A stretch of DNA of 49,496 nucleotides from Candidatus Omnitrophota bacterium. Lineage in GTDB: Bacteria; Omnitrophota; Gorgyraeia; Zapsychrales; Aceulaceae. This document shows positions 17,201 through 26,046 of this stretch, one piece after another. The notes under the pieces were generated by a model, which was not told the origin of the DNA, made no database searches, and worked only from the letters and a program-made list of their open reading frames with translations. Location: contig JAKQPK010000060.1 in the NCBI GenBank assembly GCA_029564765.1, positions 1-49,496 of the forward strand. Reading direction: 5' to 3'. Position numbers and translations under genes: made by a program. The first letter of the stretch is position 1, and each line of letters begins with the position of its first letter.

Positions 17201-19032
17201 CAAAGCCACGCTCCTCCCGGCTTCCTGATCCAGTTCCTCCGGCTGTGGTCTTCTTTCATTTCCGGCTGGTGCGTCTTCATGTTTTCCATGCGCATATTAA
17301 GCGCCCGGATAATGTCTGCCGCGGACAGGGCATATATCTCGGCATCAAGAAAATGATTCGCCGCCGCTTCTTTTTTCTTCTGCCAGATCTCTTTTGCTTT
17401 ACCTGTTGTGCGGTTCCGTATCAGGACCTTATGCTCGGAAGAAACCTGGGCGAGATATTCGTCAGACGGATCGCGGTACAGGTGCCATTTGCACGGATCT
17501 TTAGATGTGACCAGCCGGTTCATCTTGTCTTTGTACTGGTTTACATTGAGATTCCACAGGACAAGACCTCCCGGGATGACCGCTCCTGTCTTCGAGTTGA
17601 TGTCGATCTTGTTTGCCCGGTAAAAACGGCCTCCCGCGATATCTTCAAGACCTTTAACTGCCTTGCTTTTATCTCCCCAGTAACGGCAGAAGCGGTAAAC
17701 CTCGTCCGTCCTGAAACCCGAATCGACGCATGTCATATAAACGGTAAGCCGCTCTTCCGACCCTTCGCGCCGGTACTCGGTCTTAAACAGGGCCTCAATA
17801 ATGTCCTCCCAGTATTCGACCCGCTCGGCCCGGATAAGCCAGGATTCTTCTCCGTACCCCCAGCCGCGGATCACGTAATAAAAATGGTCTTTCTGAACGT
17901 CAACCCCGGCGGTAAGAACCAGAACGCCCTGCGGAACCGTCCCCGGATCGTAATCACGCGCAAGCGACCTGAGCCTGTCAGCCGTGGTTTCCTCGATCTT
18001 CTCTTCCCAGACTTCAGCCAGCCACGAATTGACAAAGTTCATCAGAAGCTCGATATAATCTTTCGACTTCAGAAATTCGCAGGCGATATCGCTCCAGGTA
18101 AGCCAGGGAGAATAAAGAGAACTGATCCAGAATCCGCGGTTTCTTGAAGGTTCCTTCTTCTCTGAAACCCATTCACCTGCCTGCATCATCTTGTGCTTGT
18201 GGGCATCGCCGATCTTTTCTCCGCAGAACCTGCATTCGTACCACGCAAGCCTCCCGGACTTGATCTTTTCCGGAAGAGATTCTTCTTTCGGCCATTTGAT
18301 TTGGCTGAACACAAAGACCTGCTTGCGCCCGCAATGAGGGCATGGCACATAAAACCTGCGCTGGTCTGATTTCTCGTATTCACGGAAAATATACCCCTCG
18401 CGCGTCGTCGGAGTTGAAACCTTCACCGTCTTCCTATTCCAGAAAGTCTTCTGCCGTTCCTGCGCGAGTTTTATCGGATCCGCCTCCCTTCCCGAGAACC
18501 TCGGATACTTGTCGACCTCATCAAGAAAGAGATATCTGATCGGTCTCGATGCCAGGTCCGCAGGGCTGTTCGATCCCGCGAAATAAAGCACCATCCGGTC
18601 GAAATGATATTCAAGCTTTGTAAGATCATCGCTATTCTCCGGCACATATTTAAGCAGCGCCTGCGACGATTCGATCATCGGCCTGACACGGTTGTGGGAA
18701 ACGCTCTTTGCGTCGTCTGACCTCGGCAGCACAAGAAGCGTCGGCCCGGGATCCTGGTCGATAACAAACCCGAGCATATTGAGCATCGCTTCAGTCTTTC
18801 CGACTTGCGACGCAGCCATGATCGTGATCTCTTCCACGGCCGGATCGGTGAAAGCATCCATCACTCCCTGAAGGTACGGCGTCCTTGAAGTTTTCCACTT
18901 CCCAGGCTCCGCCGAACTCACCGGGTTGAGGTGCCTGAACCTGTCAGACCACTGGCTGACCGTTATTCTCTCCGGCCTCTTCCAGGCTTCCCTCTCCCTG
19001 ACCGTCCATATCCGGGACTTGCTCGATATCAT
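17200..19032 (-). CDS. Terminase large subunit, lambda GpA family
   Basis: ASQVGKTE Walker A, LFLDEVD Walker B, STPT, CPHCG, GVDVQ and NHFLDA motifs. Confidence 0.95.
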   Translation of the reverse strand: MISSKSRIWTVREREAWKRPERITVSQWSDRFRHLNPVSSAEPGKWKTSRTPYLQGVMDAFTDPAVEEITIMAASQVGKTEAMLNMLGFVIDQDPGPTLLVLPRSDDAKSVSHNRVRPMIESSQALLKYVPENSDDLTKLEYHFDRMVLYFAGSNSPADLASRPIRYLFLDEVDKYPRFSGREADPIKLAQERQKTFWNRKTVKVSTPTTREGYIFREYEKSDQRRFYVPCPHCGRKQVFVFSQIKWPKEESLPEKIKSGRLAWYECRFCGEKIGDAHKHKMMQAGEWVSEKKEPSRNRGFWISSLYSPWLTWSDIACEFLKSKDYIELLMNFVNSWLAEVWEEKIEETTADRLRSLARDYDPGTVPQGVLVLTAGVDVQKDHFYYVIRGWGYGEESWLIRAERVEYWEDIIEALFKTEYRREGSEERLTVYMTCVDSGFRTDEVYRFCRYWGDKSKAVKGLEDIAGGRFYRANKIDINSKTGAVIPGGLVLWNLNVNQYKDKMNRLVTSKDPCKWHLYRDPSDEYLAQVSSEHKVLIRNRTTGKAKEIWQKKKEAAANHFLDAEIYALSAADIIRALNMRMENMKTHQPEMKEDHSRRNWIRKPGGAWL

Positions 19033-19621
19033 TTATTTCCTCTTTCTTTGTTCCTGCGAATTCGTCAATGATCTCCCCCAGGGCGTCATAAAGGATCGCT
19101 TCGACCTCCCTGGGTTCTTTCATACTTAAAACAGGAGCGAGTTTCGTCGGCAAAACAAGCAAAGACCGCTTCACGATCATGATCCTGGTCACCATACCGC
19201 GCTCAACATCCTCGCTCGATACAAGCTCTCCGAGTTCTTTCCGGTAAGCAAGAAGCTCTTTCTTGTACCTGACCTCGCTCAGTTTTGACTGCCAGACATT
19301 CTTTTCATCCTTCTTTGCCCCGCCTTTTGTAAATTCACGCCAGTTCTCGATCTCAAGCAGGTTATATGTACCTTCCGGCCTCACAGGCATGCCATCCCTG
19401 ACCCAATACTGGACCGTCCTTGTCGATACCCCGAAAACTCGGGCAACCTCCTCTTGCGTAGCCACAACGCCCTCCGGCAGGTTCGCTTCATACCGCTCAA
19501 GCTCGTTAAGCTCTGCCCGGGTGAGCGGTTTATCGTTCTTCAGCTTCTCAAGGAGATAAACCTGCCTCTTCCTCTTCGCGACATCGACAACGCTCAGTTT
19601 TTTGTCTTTCTTCCTTTTCAC
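18944..19621 (-). CDS. Terminase small subunit (Nu1-like HTH plus coiled coil)
   Basis: TQEEVARVFGVSTRTVQYWVRDGMP winged HTH; GELVSSEDV; directly upstream of the large subunit. Confidence 0.85.
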   Translation of the reverse strand: MKRKKDKKLSVVDVAKRKRQVYLLEKLKNDKPLTRAELNELERYEANLPEGVVATQEEVARVFGVSTRTVQYWVRDGMPVRPEGTYNLLEIENWREFTKGGAKKDEKNVWQSKLSEVRYKKELLAYRKELGELVSSEDVERGMVTRIMIVKRSLLVLPTKLAPVLSMKEPREVEAILYDALGEIIDEFAGTKKEEINDIEQVPDMDGQGEGSLEEAGENNGQPVV

Positions 19622-20607
19622 TCCGTGCCTTCCTTCTCAAGGATCTCCCGTTTAATATGCTCCGCCACGGCGCACATGAATTTCGGCATCACCGCATTGC
19701 CGATCTGCGCCCACTGTTCTTTGAATGTTCCGGCGAATTGAAAGTCATCAGGGAATGAAGCAAGGCGTTTCAGTTCCCCGATCGTCAGAAACCTTCTTTC
19801 CTTCCAATGAAGGATCCCCGACATCCCTTCAGCAAATAGCCTTGTGATCGTGCAGAGCGGACGCTTTGGATCAGCTTTGATGAGATTGAAGTAACTGTTG
19901 ATCCCGAACTTCTTTGTCATGAAATGCGCGAGCGACTTTCCCGGCGGAATCGCGTAATAATAATCCCTGGCTTTGCCCTTCGGATAAACGACCTGTTCCG
20001 CGCAGTTAAAACCTTCAAGCGCTTTGCCAACCGAGACAACTCTCCCGCAGCCTTTAGGAAAAGACGGCTCAATATTGAGATCGTTCCTCACGCCGATAAA
20101 AATAAGCCGTTCGCGAGACTGCGCGACGCCGTAATATTTGGCGTTCATCTGCTTGCACTTGACCCGGTAATCGAGGGCCTTGAGGGATTTCAAGATATCG
20201 ATGAACCGCCCCTTCATCTTGCCTTTAACCATCCCCGGCACATTCTCCATAAGAAAAACTTTTGGCTTCAGGCCGTTTATAAGGCGGATATATTCAAGGA
20301 ACAGATCATTCCTTGAATCATTGACCTCCCGCCTGCCTGACATTGAGAACCCCTGGCACGGCGGACTGCCGTCAAAGACATCGAGTTCGCCAGGAACAAG
20401 CCCGCAGAAATTCAAAACCTCTTCAACGGTGACCGTACGGACATCCCTCACCCAGGACGGAACATCGGTGAAATTAAGTTTGAATGTATCCGCAGCGATG
20501 CCGTTCCAATCCACCGCCAGAAGTTCGCGGTACCCGGCAAGTTTATAACCGAGAGAACTTCCTCCGCACCCCGCGAAGACCGATATCACTGTTGGCTTAC
20601 CATTCAT
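19618..20607 (-). CDS. Orphan DNA (cytosine-5) methyltransferase
   Basis: FAGCGG, GSPPCQGFS, ENV, QSRER and IGNAV motifs. Confidence 0.93.
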   Translation of the reverse strand: MNGKPTVISVFAGCGGSSLGYKLAGYRELLAVDWNGIAADTFKLNFTDVPSWVRDVRTVTVEEVLNFCGLVPGELDVFDGSPPCQGFSMSGRREVNDSRNDLFLEYIRLINGLKPKVFLMENVPGMVKGKMKGRFIDILKSLKALDYRVKCKQMNAKYYGVAQSRERLIFIGVRNDLNIEPSFPKGCGRVVSVGKALEGFNCAEQVVYPKGKARDYYYAIPPGKSLAHFMTKKFGINSYFNLIKADPKRPLCTITRLFAEGMSGILHWKERRFLTIGELKRLASFPDDFQFAGTFKEQWAQIGNAVMPKFMCAVAEHIKREILEKEGTE

Positions 20608-21100
20608 AGCCGCACCCCGGACATTTGTGAGCTGTCGGGATCGCCTCATCCAGCTCCTTTTCTCTCAAGCTTTCCTCTATCACAGCCTCACCAGCCTCAT
20701 TGTCTTTCTTGAGTTCCTCGAGTTTTAACCCGATAAAACTTCCGAACCCGGAATCTTCGATCTCCTTGAGAATCTTGGCGAGGCCGTCTGTCCAAGTTCC
20801 CTCGATGCTTTCGTTGTTGAGAGCGACATTCATCGCCTTCTGCCCTTTCTCATCGAGATCGACGATCACAACCGGGATCTCGCCTTTCACACCCAGTTCT
20901 TTTAATGCCTTGTAACGCTGATGCCCTCCCACGATCTGCATGTTCCGCTGATTGACAACGATCAAGCTGACACAGCCAAACTTCTCAAGGCTTGCCTTCA
21001 ACCCGCTGAACGCCTCCTGGGTAATATCCCGGGGATTCCATTCAGAAGGAATGATCTCCTCAAAATTGACCTTCTTTAATTTGATAGGTATCTTTTTCAT
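20597..21100 (-). CDS. ParB/Srx N-terminal domain protein with C-terminal CPxCG
   Basis: WNPR, LKASLEKFG, IVGGHQR and CPGCG motifs. Confidence 0.85.
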   Translation of the reverse strand: MKKIPIKLKKVNFEEIIPSEWNPRDITQEAFSGLKASLEKFGCVSLIVVNQRNMQIVGGHQRYKALKELGVKGEIPVVIVDLDEKGQKAMNVALNNESIEGTWTDGLAKILKEIEDSGFGSFIGLKLEELKKDNEAGEAVIEESLREKELDEAIPTAHKCPGCGYEW

Positions 21101-21606
21101 GTGTTCTCCTTGAACGCCAGACCGCAGCTCGGACAGGTCAGTTCGTCCGTGATCTCCTGTTTCGCCTTCTCGACCTTCTGATCTTCAAGACCGACAGCGA
21201 CAACCCGGTCCCGCAGCTCATCCAGCTTTAAATCCTGATACTGCCCGCCGATCACTTCCTTCAATTCGGCAAGAATGGCATGAATGTTTTTTGACCAATG
21301 CCCCGAGATCCGCTTGTTGTTGAGCGTGACAGCCAGAGCCTTTTCAGCCAGGTCATCAAGATCGACCATAATGACCTCTGCGGTCTCAATTCCCAGAGAT
21401 TTGAGTGCCTCATACCGCTGGCATCCGCCAACGATCCGCATATTGCGCCTGTTCACGACCAGCAGTTCGGCATATCCGAATGATTCGATGCTTGCTTTCA
21501 GCCCTGCCTTTGCCGGATCCCCGATCTTCCGGGGGTTGTACGGCGCCGGAACCACCTCATCAAGCCTGATTTCCCTGATTTCAGGGTCAATATTGACCTT
21601 TTCCAT
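21097..21606 (-). CDS. ParB/Srx N-terminal domain protein with C-terminal CPxCG (paralogue)
   Basis: YNPR, LKASIESFG, IVGGCQR and CPSCG motifs. Confidence 0.85.
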   Translation of the reverse strand: MEKVNIDPEIREIRLDEVVPAPYNPRKIGDPAKAGLKASIESFGYAELLVVNRRNMRIVGGCQRYEALKSLGIETAEVIMVDLDDLAEKALAVTLNNKRISGHWSKNIHAILAELKEVIGGQYQDLKLDELRDRVVAVGLEDQKVEKAKQEITDELTCPSCGLAFKENT

Positions 21607-21660
21607 GTTTTTCCCCTCTTTTTACGAACACGAAATGATTAAAAATTTTTCAAATCACTC

Positions 21661-21710
21661 ACGACCCGCGCCTCGCCCGACCCGCGCCCAACACCCCCCG
21701 GCAAGGACCC
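21661..21710 (-). other. Putative cos site (cosQ-like GGGTCCT plus cosN-like 12-mer)
   Basis: GGGTCCT at 21710-21704, then CGCG-GGTCGGGCGAGG-CGCG (12-mer at 21682-21671); layout resembles lambda cos. Confidence 0.6.
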
Positions 21711-21726
21711 GAGAATGTTTTCGCGG

Positions 21727-21861
21727 TCAAAACGTAACGCATATCGTCAGCACCCCCGCGCTCATCCAGTACACAGCGTGCCGGACATCCCCCTGGTATC
21801 CGTAAACACAGGCAGCTATGAAATCCAGCACGATCAGGGTTATTGGGAATATCTTTTCCAT
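21727..21861 (-). CDS. 44-aa two-helix membrane protein (not in ORF track)
   Basis: MEKIFPITLIVLDFIAACVYGYQGDVRHAVYWMSAGVLTICVTF; TGATG-coupled to the upstream gene. Confidence 0.72.
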   Translation of the reverse strand: MEKIFPITLIVLDFIAACVYGYQGDVRHAVYWMSAGVLTICVTF

Positions 21862-22097
21862 CAGACAATCCTTCCGTTAAAGATGCGTACCGCATCGCCC
21901 ACCTTGCTCCAGTACTCTTTGTCCTCATCAGAGAACTCCGCCCACATAGCATCCATGGGTTCGACAACCGTCCTCTGAAAGACATCCTTGTCCTTATCGA
22001 TATTGACGCCCTTGGCCATCATGTAGTTGTTCCAGTTCGTCCCATCGACAAAACGCTTGTATATTGCTTTGAACTTCCTGAACTGCTCATCCGTCAT
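21861..22097 (-). CDS. Hypothetical phage protein
   Basis: 78-aa ORF, co-oriented and coupled to the next gene. Confidence 0.65.
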   Translation of the reverse strand: MTDEQFRKFKAIYKRFVDGTNWNNYMMAKGVNIDKDKDVFQRTVVEPMDAMWAEFSDEDKEYWSKVGDAVRIFNGRIV

Positions 22098-22109
22098 AAT
22101 TGCCTTCCA

Positions 22110-22293
22110 GTAGAAGAGAAAGAGTTGTTTTGTATTTACGCTTATATCTATTTCTTTTTTTCTTTTTTACTTATGTATATAGGAGAAAAAGTTTCTCTTC
22201 TTTCTCTACCCCTGCGCTAACCCTTTGTAATTTCAATAACTTCTGCGGTTGAAACACTGCAAAACAAGTTCAACCGATGCTCTACTTCTCTAC
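22110..22293. other. Putative replication origin
   Basis: AT-rich core flanked by inverted GTAGA/GAGAA-type purine repeats (22110-22124, 22195-22209, 22280-22293), immediately after the primase-helicase gene. Confidence 0.4.
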
Positions 22294-24386
22294 TAATAAG
22301 GCCGCTCCATAAAGTCATCCTGCGTTTCTCCGCCCTTCAACCCGATTCCGAACCAGAAAATGTTCCCTTTGCCCTCGCCCGCTGAAAGCATGTCCTTCGT
22401 AAAACCGCGCTTTTTCATGTAATCGATGAACTCGTTGCGTTTGACATAACGCAAGCCGTTATCTTTTGCCCACTGCTGAATGTCTTTAAGAATGAGGCTT
22501 GCCTGCGCTTTTAGATCGGTCCCCAGGACACAACGCTCTTCAATATAGTTGCCGATCAAATCGGACTCTTCCTGGTACTCGTTCGTTGCGGCAATGACCT
22601 TTTCCGGCCTGCCCAGACCGTCCTTTTGCCACATCCTGAAACCTTCAACGGCCCAGGCAAGAATGCCCTCGTATTCGGCCGCCAGCTTTTCGTCCAGCTT
22701 CGGGTCGCGCTCTTTGGGAGCGACAACCTTATCGAACGGAATGGTCACAATGCGCCGCCAGATCCCTTTATCTGTCCCTGAAATATTCGGTTTGTGGTTC
22801 GTTGCCAGAAAGATCTTGAACGTCGCGAAGAAATCGAAATATTCCCGGTGCAGAAATCGCGCGGAGATCGGGTCATCGCCTGTAAGCTGCTTGATCTGCG
22901 CTTCAGCAAGCGCCCTTGATTTACCGGATTCAAGCGACGTGACAAGCCTTGTCCCTTTGAGCCTTGCAATATCATTGGGTATGGAATCGTTATACTTCTC
23001 CATCAATGTGGATGACGGCGTGTTGATCGCGTAATCGCCGAGGATCTTGAAGACGTGTTTAAGGAACGTCGATTTGCCGTTCATCCCGACGCCGTAAAGG
23101 ATAAAAATGCACTGCTCTTTTATCGATCCCGAGAGCGAATATCCCACGGCTTTCTGCATGAACTCGACCAGCTGGGTATCTCCCAAGAATATCGACATCA
23201 AAAATCGCCGCCACTCCGGGCAGTCAGTCTCTTTCCTGTAATCGAACTCGACCCGGCGCGTGATCATGTCATCTTTGCTGTGGGGTCTTAGCTCTCCGGT
23301 CTCGAGGTTGAGCGTTCCGTTCATGCAGTTGAGCAGAAATATATCCCTGTCAAAATCTTCATTCTTGGCTGAAACGCCTTCGCTCCTGACCAGATTGATC
23401 ATCGCTTTGAGCCGCGCTTCCGATTCGCTCTTGACCGCATGCTTGAAAAGAAACTTGTCATTGCTGGCCTGCGCCATCTGGTACATCTGCTTGACGGTAT
23501 TCTTCGCGAGCTTTAGGATCCTGAACCTGTCATCCCTTTCCCATCTTGTGCCGTCCCAGATAAACCACCCGCCCAGGGCATCGCAGTATTTAATGTCCGC
23601 GCCGCATTTCTCAAAGAACAGGTTCGCGCTCCAGACATCCGTCAGCGGATCTTTCGCCTTATCGCCCGCGTTGTACCGCGACACGCTTTTCGCTATCGTT
23701 GAGACTTCTTTCTTCGGCAGGGGAGGAACGCACCGGGTATCATTGATGGCCTGAAGCGTGATATCGATCTGCGGATAGTCGAGGCCCATCTTGCGCAGCT
23801 TCACGCCCATGTGCATGAGCGTATCGTTGCGGTTCTCTTTGATCTTTGCCCCGCTGTCTGACAGGTCAACAACGGTCTTCTTTTCACTGAACAGGTCGAG
23901 CAGCCATTCCGGGGCATCGGCGACCATCGTCTCATCAGGATGGTGAGCCGCTTCCCATTCGTAGGAACGGCCGTCAATGGAACTGGGCGGACCGATAACG
24001 TACCCGCCGTCACCCCTCAAATCTATGCCCGGCCTCAACCCTGTTTTGCAGCCGACGCCTTCCGGAGGATAGCGGAAATAAATATGCCTTCCGCCGCTCG
24101 GCGTGAGAGCTTCGATTGTATGGGGCATCTCCCCGAATTCTTTTTCCAGGTCTTTGAGCGATTCATCCCCGCAAGCGCCGTTCTTGACGTCTATATCGAC
24201 AACGAAGATCCCGGAAACTTTCCCGGTCGCGATCCCGATATTCGAATGGTTCTCCGCGAACATCTTTCTGATGGCCGCTTCGTCATGCGACGCGTCCTTG
24301 AATCCGTGCTGCGTTAAAGGGATCTTCTTGTTGCATGGAAATACCGCCCAGCCTCTCCTGGCATAAATGATTGCCTGATCAAGCAT
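22293..24386 (-). CDS. Bifunctional primase-polymerase / PriCT / D5 / P4-type SF3 helicase
   Basis: NIGIATG, VVDID, TPSGGRHIYF, RGDGGYV, RNDTL, YGVGMNGKST and GIWRR motifs. Confidence 0.93.
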   Translation of the reverse strand: MLDQAIIYARRGWAVFPCNKKIPLTQHGFKDASHDEAAIRKMFAENHSNIGIATGKVSGIFVVDIDVKNGACGDESLKDLEKEFGEMPHTIEALTPSGGRHIYFRYPPEGVGCKTGLRPGIDLRGDGGYVIGPPSSIDGRSYEWEAAHHPDETMVADAPEWLLDLFSEKKTVVDLSDSGAKIKENRNDTLMHMGVKLRKMGLDYPQIDITLQAINDTRCVPPLPKKEVSTIAKSVSRYNAGDKAKDPLTDVWSANLFFEKCGADIKYCDALGGWFIWDGTRWERDDRFRILKLAKNTVKQMYQMAQASNDKFLFKHAVKSESEARLKAMINLVRSEGVSAKNEDFDRDIFLLNCMNGTLNLETGELRPHSKDDMITRRVEFDYRKETDCPEWRRFLMSIFLGDTQLVEFMQKAVGYSLSGSIKEQCIFILYGVGMNGKSTFLKHVFKILGDYAINTPSSTLMEKYNDSIPNDIARLKGTRLVTSLESGKSRALAEAQIKQLTGDDPISARFLHREYFDFFATFKIFLATNHKPNISGTDKGIWRRIVTIPFDKVVAPKERDPKLDEKLAAEYEGILAWAVEGFRMWQKDGLGRPEKVIAATNEYQEESDLIGNYIEERCVLGTDLKAQASLILKDIQQWAKDNGLRYVKRNEFIDYMKKRGFTKDMLSAGEGKGNIFWFGIGLKGGETQDDFMERPY

Positions 24387-24443
24387 GTACCGACCTCAAT
24401 ATGTAGAAAGGGGGACGGCAAAACGCCGCCCCCCTTATGATCT

Positions 24444-25172
24444 TTAATACGGTCTCTTTTCCCTTGAGTCATCCTGCGCATCCTCCTCGTGGACCTGGAT
24501 CGCATCCACCTTCGATGCGAAATCCTTCCAGAGCCGCTCGCCGACCGCGTACTCTTCAGGCTTCGCATCGCCTGCTGGCGTGACCTTTAACACCGCGTAA
24601 GTCGCGATGTCGTTGGTCTCCATCTGCGAGACAAGTTTGTACCTGCGGGAGAACATATCCCCGCCGCAGAACTTTGCGAGGGACAGAAGGTTCTTCCCTG
24701 CCCGGTAACTTGTCTTTGAGAAACTCACGATGATCGGCATGGGAACGCCCGGAAAGTAAGAAAAGAAGTTGATGAAGGTCGTCGCCAGCGGCTTTTCGCC
24801 ATTGGGGCCGAACCTCGCCTCTTCCTTGACCTTCGGGTCCAGCGGATCGGTTGACTTCCAGATGACCGCCCCGGGATCGAAATCGGGGTTGAAATTCGGA
24901 TCGTCCTTGCTCCGCGGATTGAAACGGATATAATTCTTGAACGTAAAGACCGGGATAAAATCTCCGGGCAGAACTTCTTTGGTAAGGGAGTTGATGATCG
25001 ACCCCACCTTGATGCCTTCCAACCCCTCGGTCAGCTCGGGCGAAAGCGCCTGGATCAGCTTCGCGCGCGGAATGATCAGGTCTTCCCGATCAACCCCGCC
25101 TTCAAAACCTCTCTGAACGCCCTCCGCCTGCATTAACGCGCCGCTTTGAACTTTTTCGATTTCCTGTGACAT
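24444..25172 (-). CDS. Conserved phage replication-module protein, possibly ssDNA-binding
   Basis: DLIIPRAKLIQALSPE motif, acidic C-terminal tail, position before the primase. Confidence 0.55.
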   Translation of the reverse strand: MSQEIEKVQSGALMQAEGVQRGFEGGVDREDLIIPRAKLIQALSPELTEGLEGIKVGSIINSLTKEVLPGDFIPVFTFKNYIRFNPRSKDDPNFNPDFDPGAVIWKSTDPLDPKVKEEARFGPNGEKPLATTFINFFSYFPGVPMPIIVSFSKTSYRAGKNLLSLAKFCGGDMFSRRYKLVSQMETNDIATYAVLKVTPAGDAKPEEYAVGERLWKDFASKVDAIQVHEEDAQDDSREKRPY

Positions 25173-25184
25173 AGCCTGCCTCCT

Positions 25185-25586
25185 TTATGAATAGAGCCTG
25201 ATTGACGGTTTAAGGTAATAACTGACGAACTCCGGGACTTCCGCTCCGGTCTCTATGCACTCGCTCGTGAAACTCGAGAGGCTCTGGGGCAGGACCGTTG
25301 TCTTGATAAGATCCTCTCTGCCCTGTTCCTTCAAAAATTCGAACAGGCGCTCCATATTTTCCTCTTTGCAGCTTGCATAGAGTCTCGGCTTCTGGATCTG
25401 CGCGTAACCGATGCCCTCATACTTGGCAGTAGCTACCGCAGAATTCGATTCCATGAACTCAATTAAAGCGAACTCGGTCTTTTCGTATTCCTCCTGCGCC
25501 AGCTTCAGCGATTCCTTGATAGCGTCCCGCTTTTCTTTGGCGCATTTGAACTGCAAGACCAAAGTCCTTTCTGCAGCTTTTTCCAT
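25185..25586 (-). CDS. Coiled-coil phage protein of the replication module
   Basis: AGGAGG SD; helical N-terminal half. Confidence 0.7.
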   Translation of the reverse strand: MEKAAERTLVLQFKCAKEKRDAIKESLKLAQEEYEKTEFALIEFMESNSAVATAKYEGIGYAQIQKPRLYASCKEENMERLFEFLKEQGREDLIKTTVLPQSLSSFTSECIETGAEVPEFVSYYLKPSIRLYS

Positions 25587-25598
25587 CGAACTCCTCCT

Positions 25599-25745
25599 TT
25601 ATTCGGTAAAGTCTTTTTCCGTAATCTTCATGCTGTTGTAGCCGTTGCCTTTGACAGGCACGACGACATAATGCACGCCGCTTTCATCCAGAACGATCTG
25701 GGTGATCTTGACTGGCACTGTGATCTTGTCTCCGATCTTCAACAT
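25599..25745 (-). CDS. 48-aa hypothetical protein
   Basis: MLKIGDKITVPVKITQI... with an AAGGAGGT SD. Confidence 0.65.
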   Translation of the reverse strand: MLKIGDKITVPVKITQIVLDESGVHYVVVPVKGNGYNSMKITEKDFTE

Positions 25746-26046
25746 TGTTCCCACCTCCTTCCCGGGTAATAAAGTTTCTGACTTCTTCAACGCTTCGGCA
25801 GACCTTGACTCTTCCACCTGCCTTTCGAATTTCTCGCATGACGTATTCCTGAATGGGAGTAGCCTTGTTAGAATTGACTTTAAGCTCGACCGCATAGAAC
25901 ATTCCCTCCTTGCAGATGATCAGATCCGGTATCCCGGCGGTGAACCTGTCAGCGCTTTTATAGAACCACGCCGACGGCAGCTCGCGCCGCAGATAATCAA
26001 TGACCTGATTTTTTAGTTTTGTTTCTGACAATCGCGTAAACCGCAT
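25684..26046 (-). CDS. VRR-NUC nuclease
   Basis: SETKL...GIPDL...AVELK...TPIQ PD-(D/E)xK pattern. Confidence 0.85.
   Translation of the reverse strand: MRFTRLSETKLKNQVIDYLRRELPSAWFYKSADRFTAGIPDLIICKEGMFYAVELKVNSNKATPIQEYVMREIRKAGGRVKVCRSVEEVRNFITREGGGNNVEDRRQDHSASQDHPDRSG

Noticed and set aside
19618-20607. Complete restriction-modification system
   Set aside because: No cognate endonuclease is adjacent; the VRR-NUC gene belongs to the replication module.
21800-21835. CGTAAACACAGG, resembling half of the 36-bp motif
   Set aside because: It lies within the 44-aa gene and lacks the TGTCGCGA half at the required spacing.
21659-21985. 108-aa minus-strand ORF
   Set aside because: It overlaps two better-supported genes and the cos-like site.
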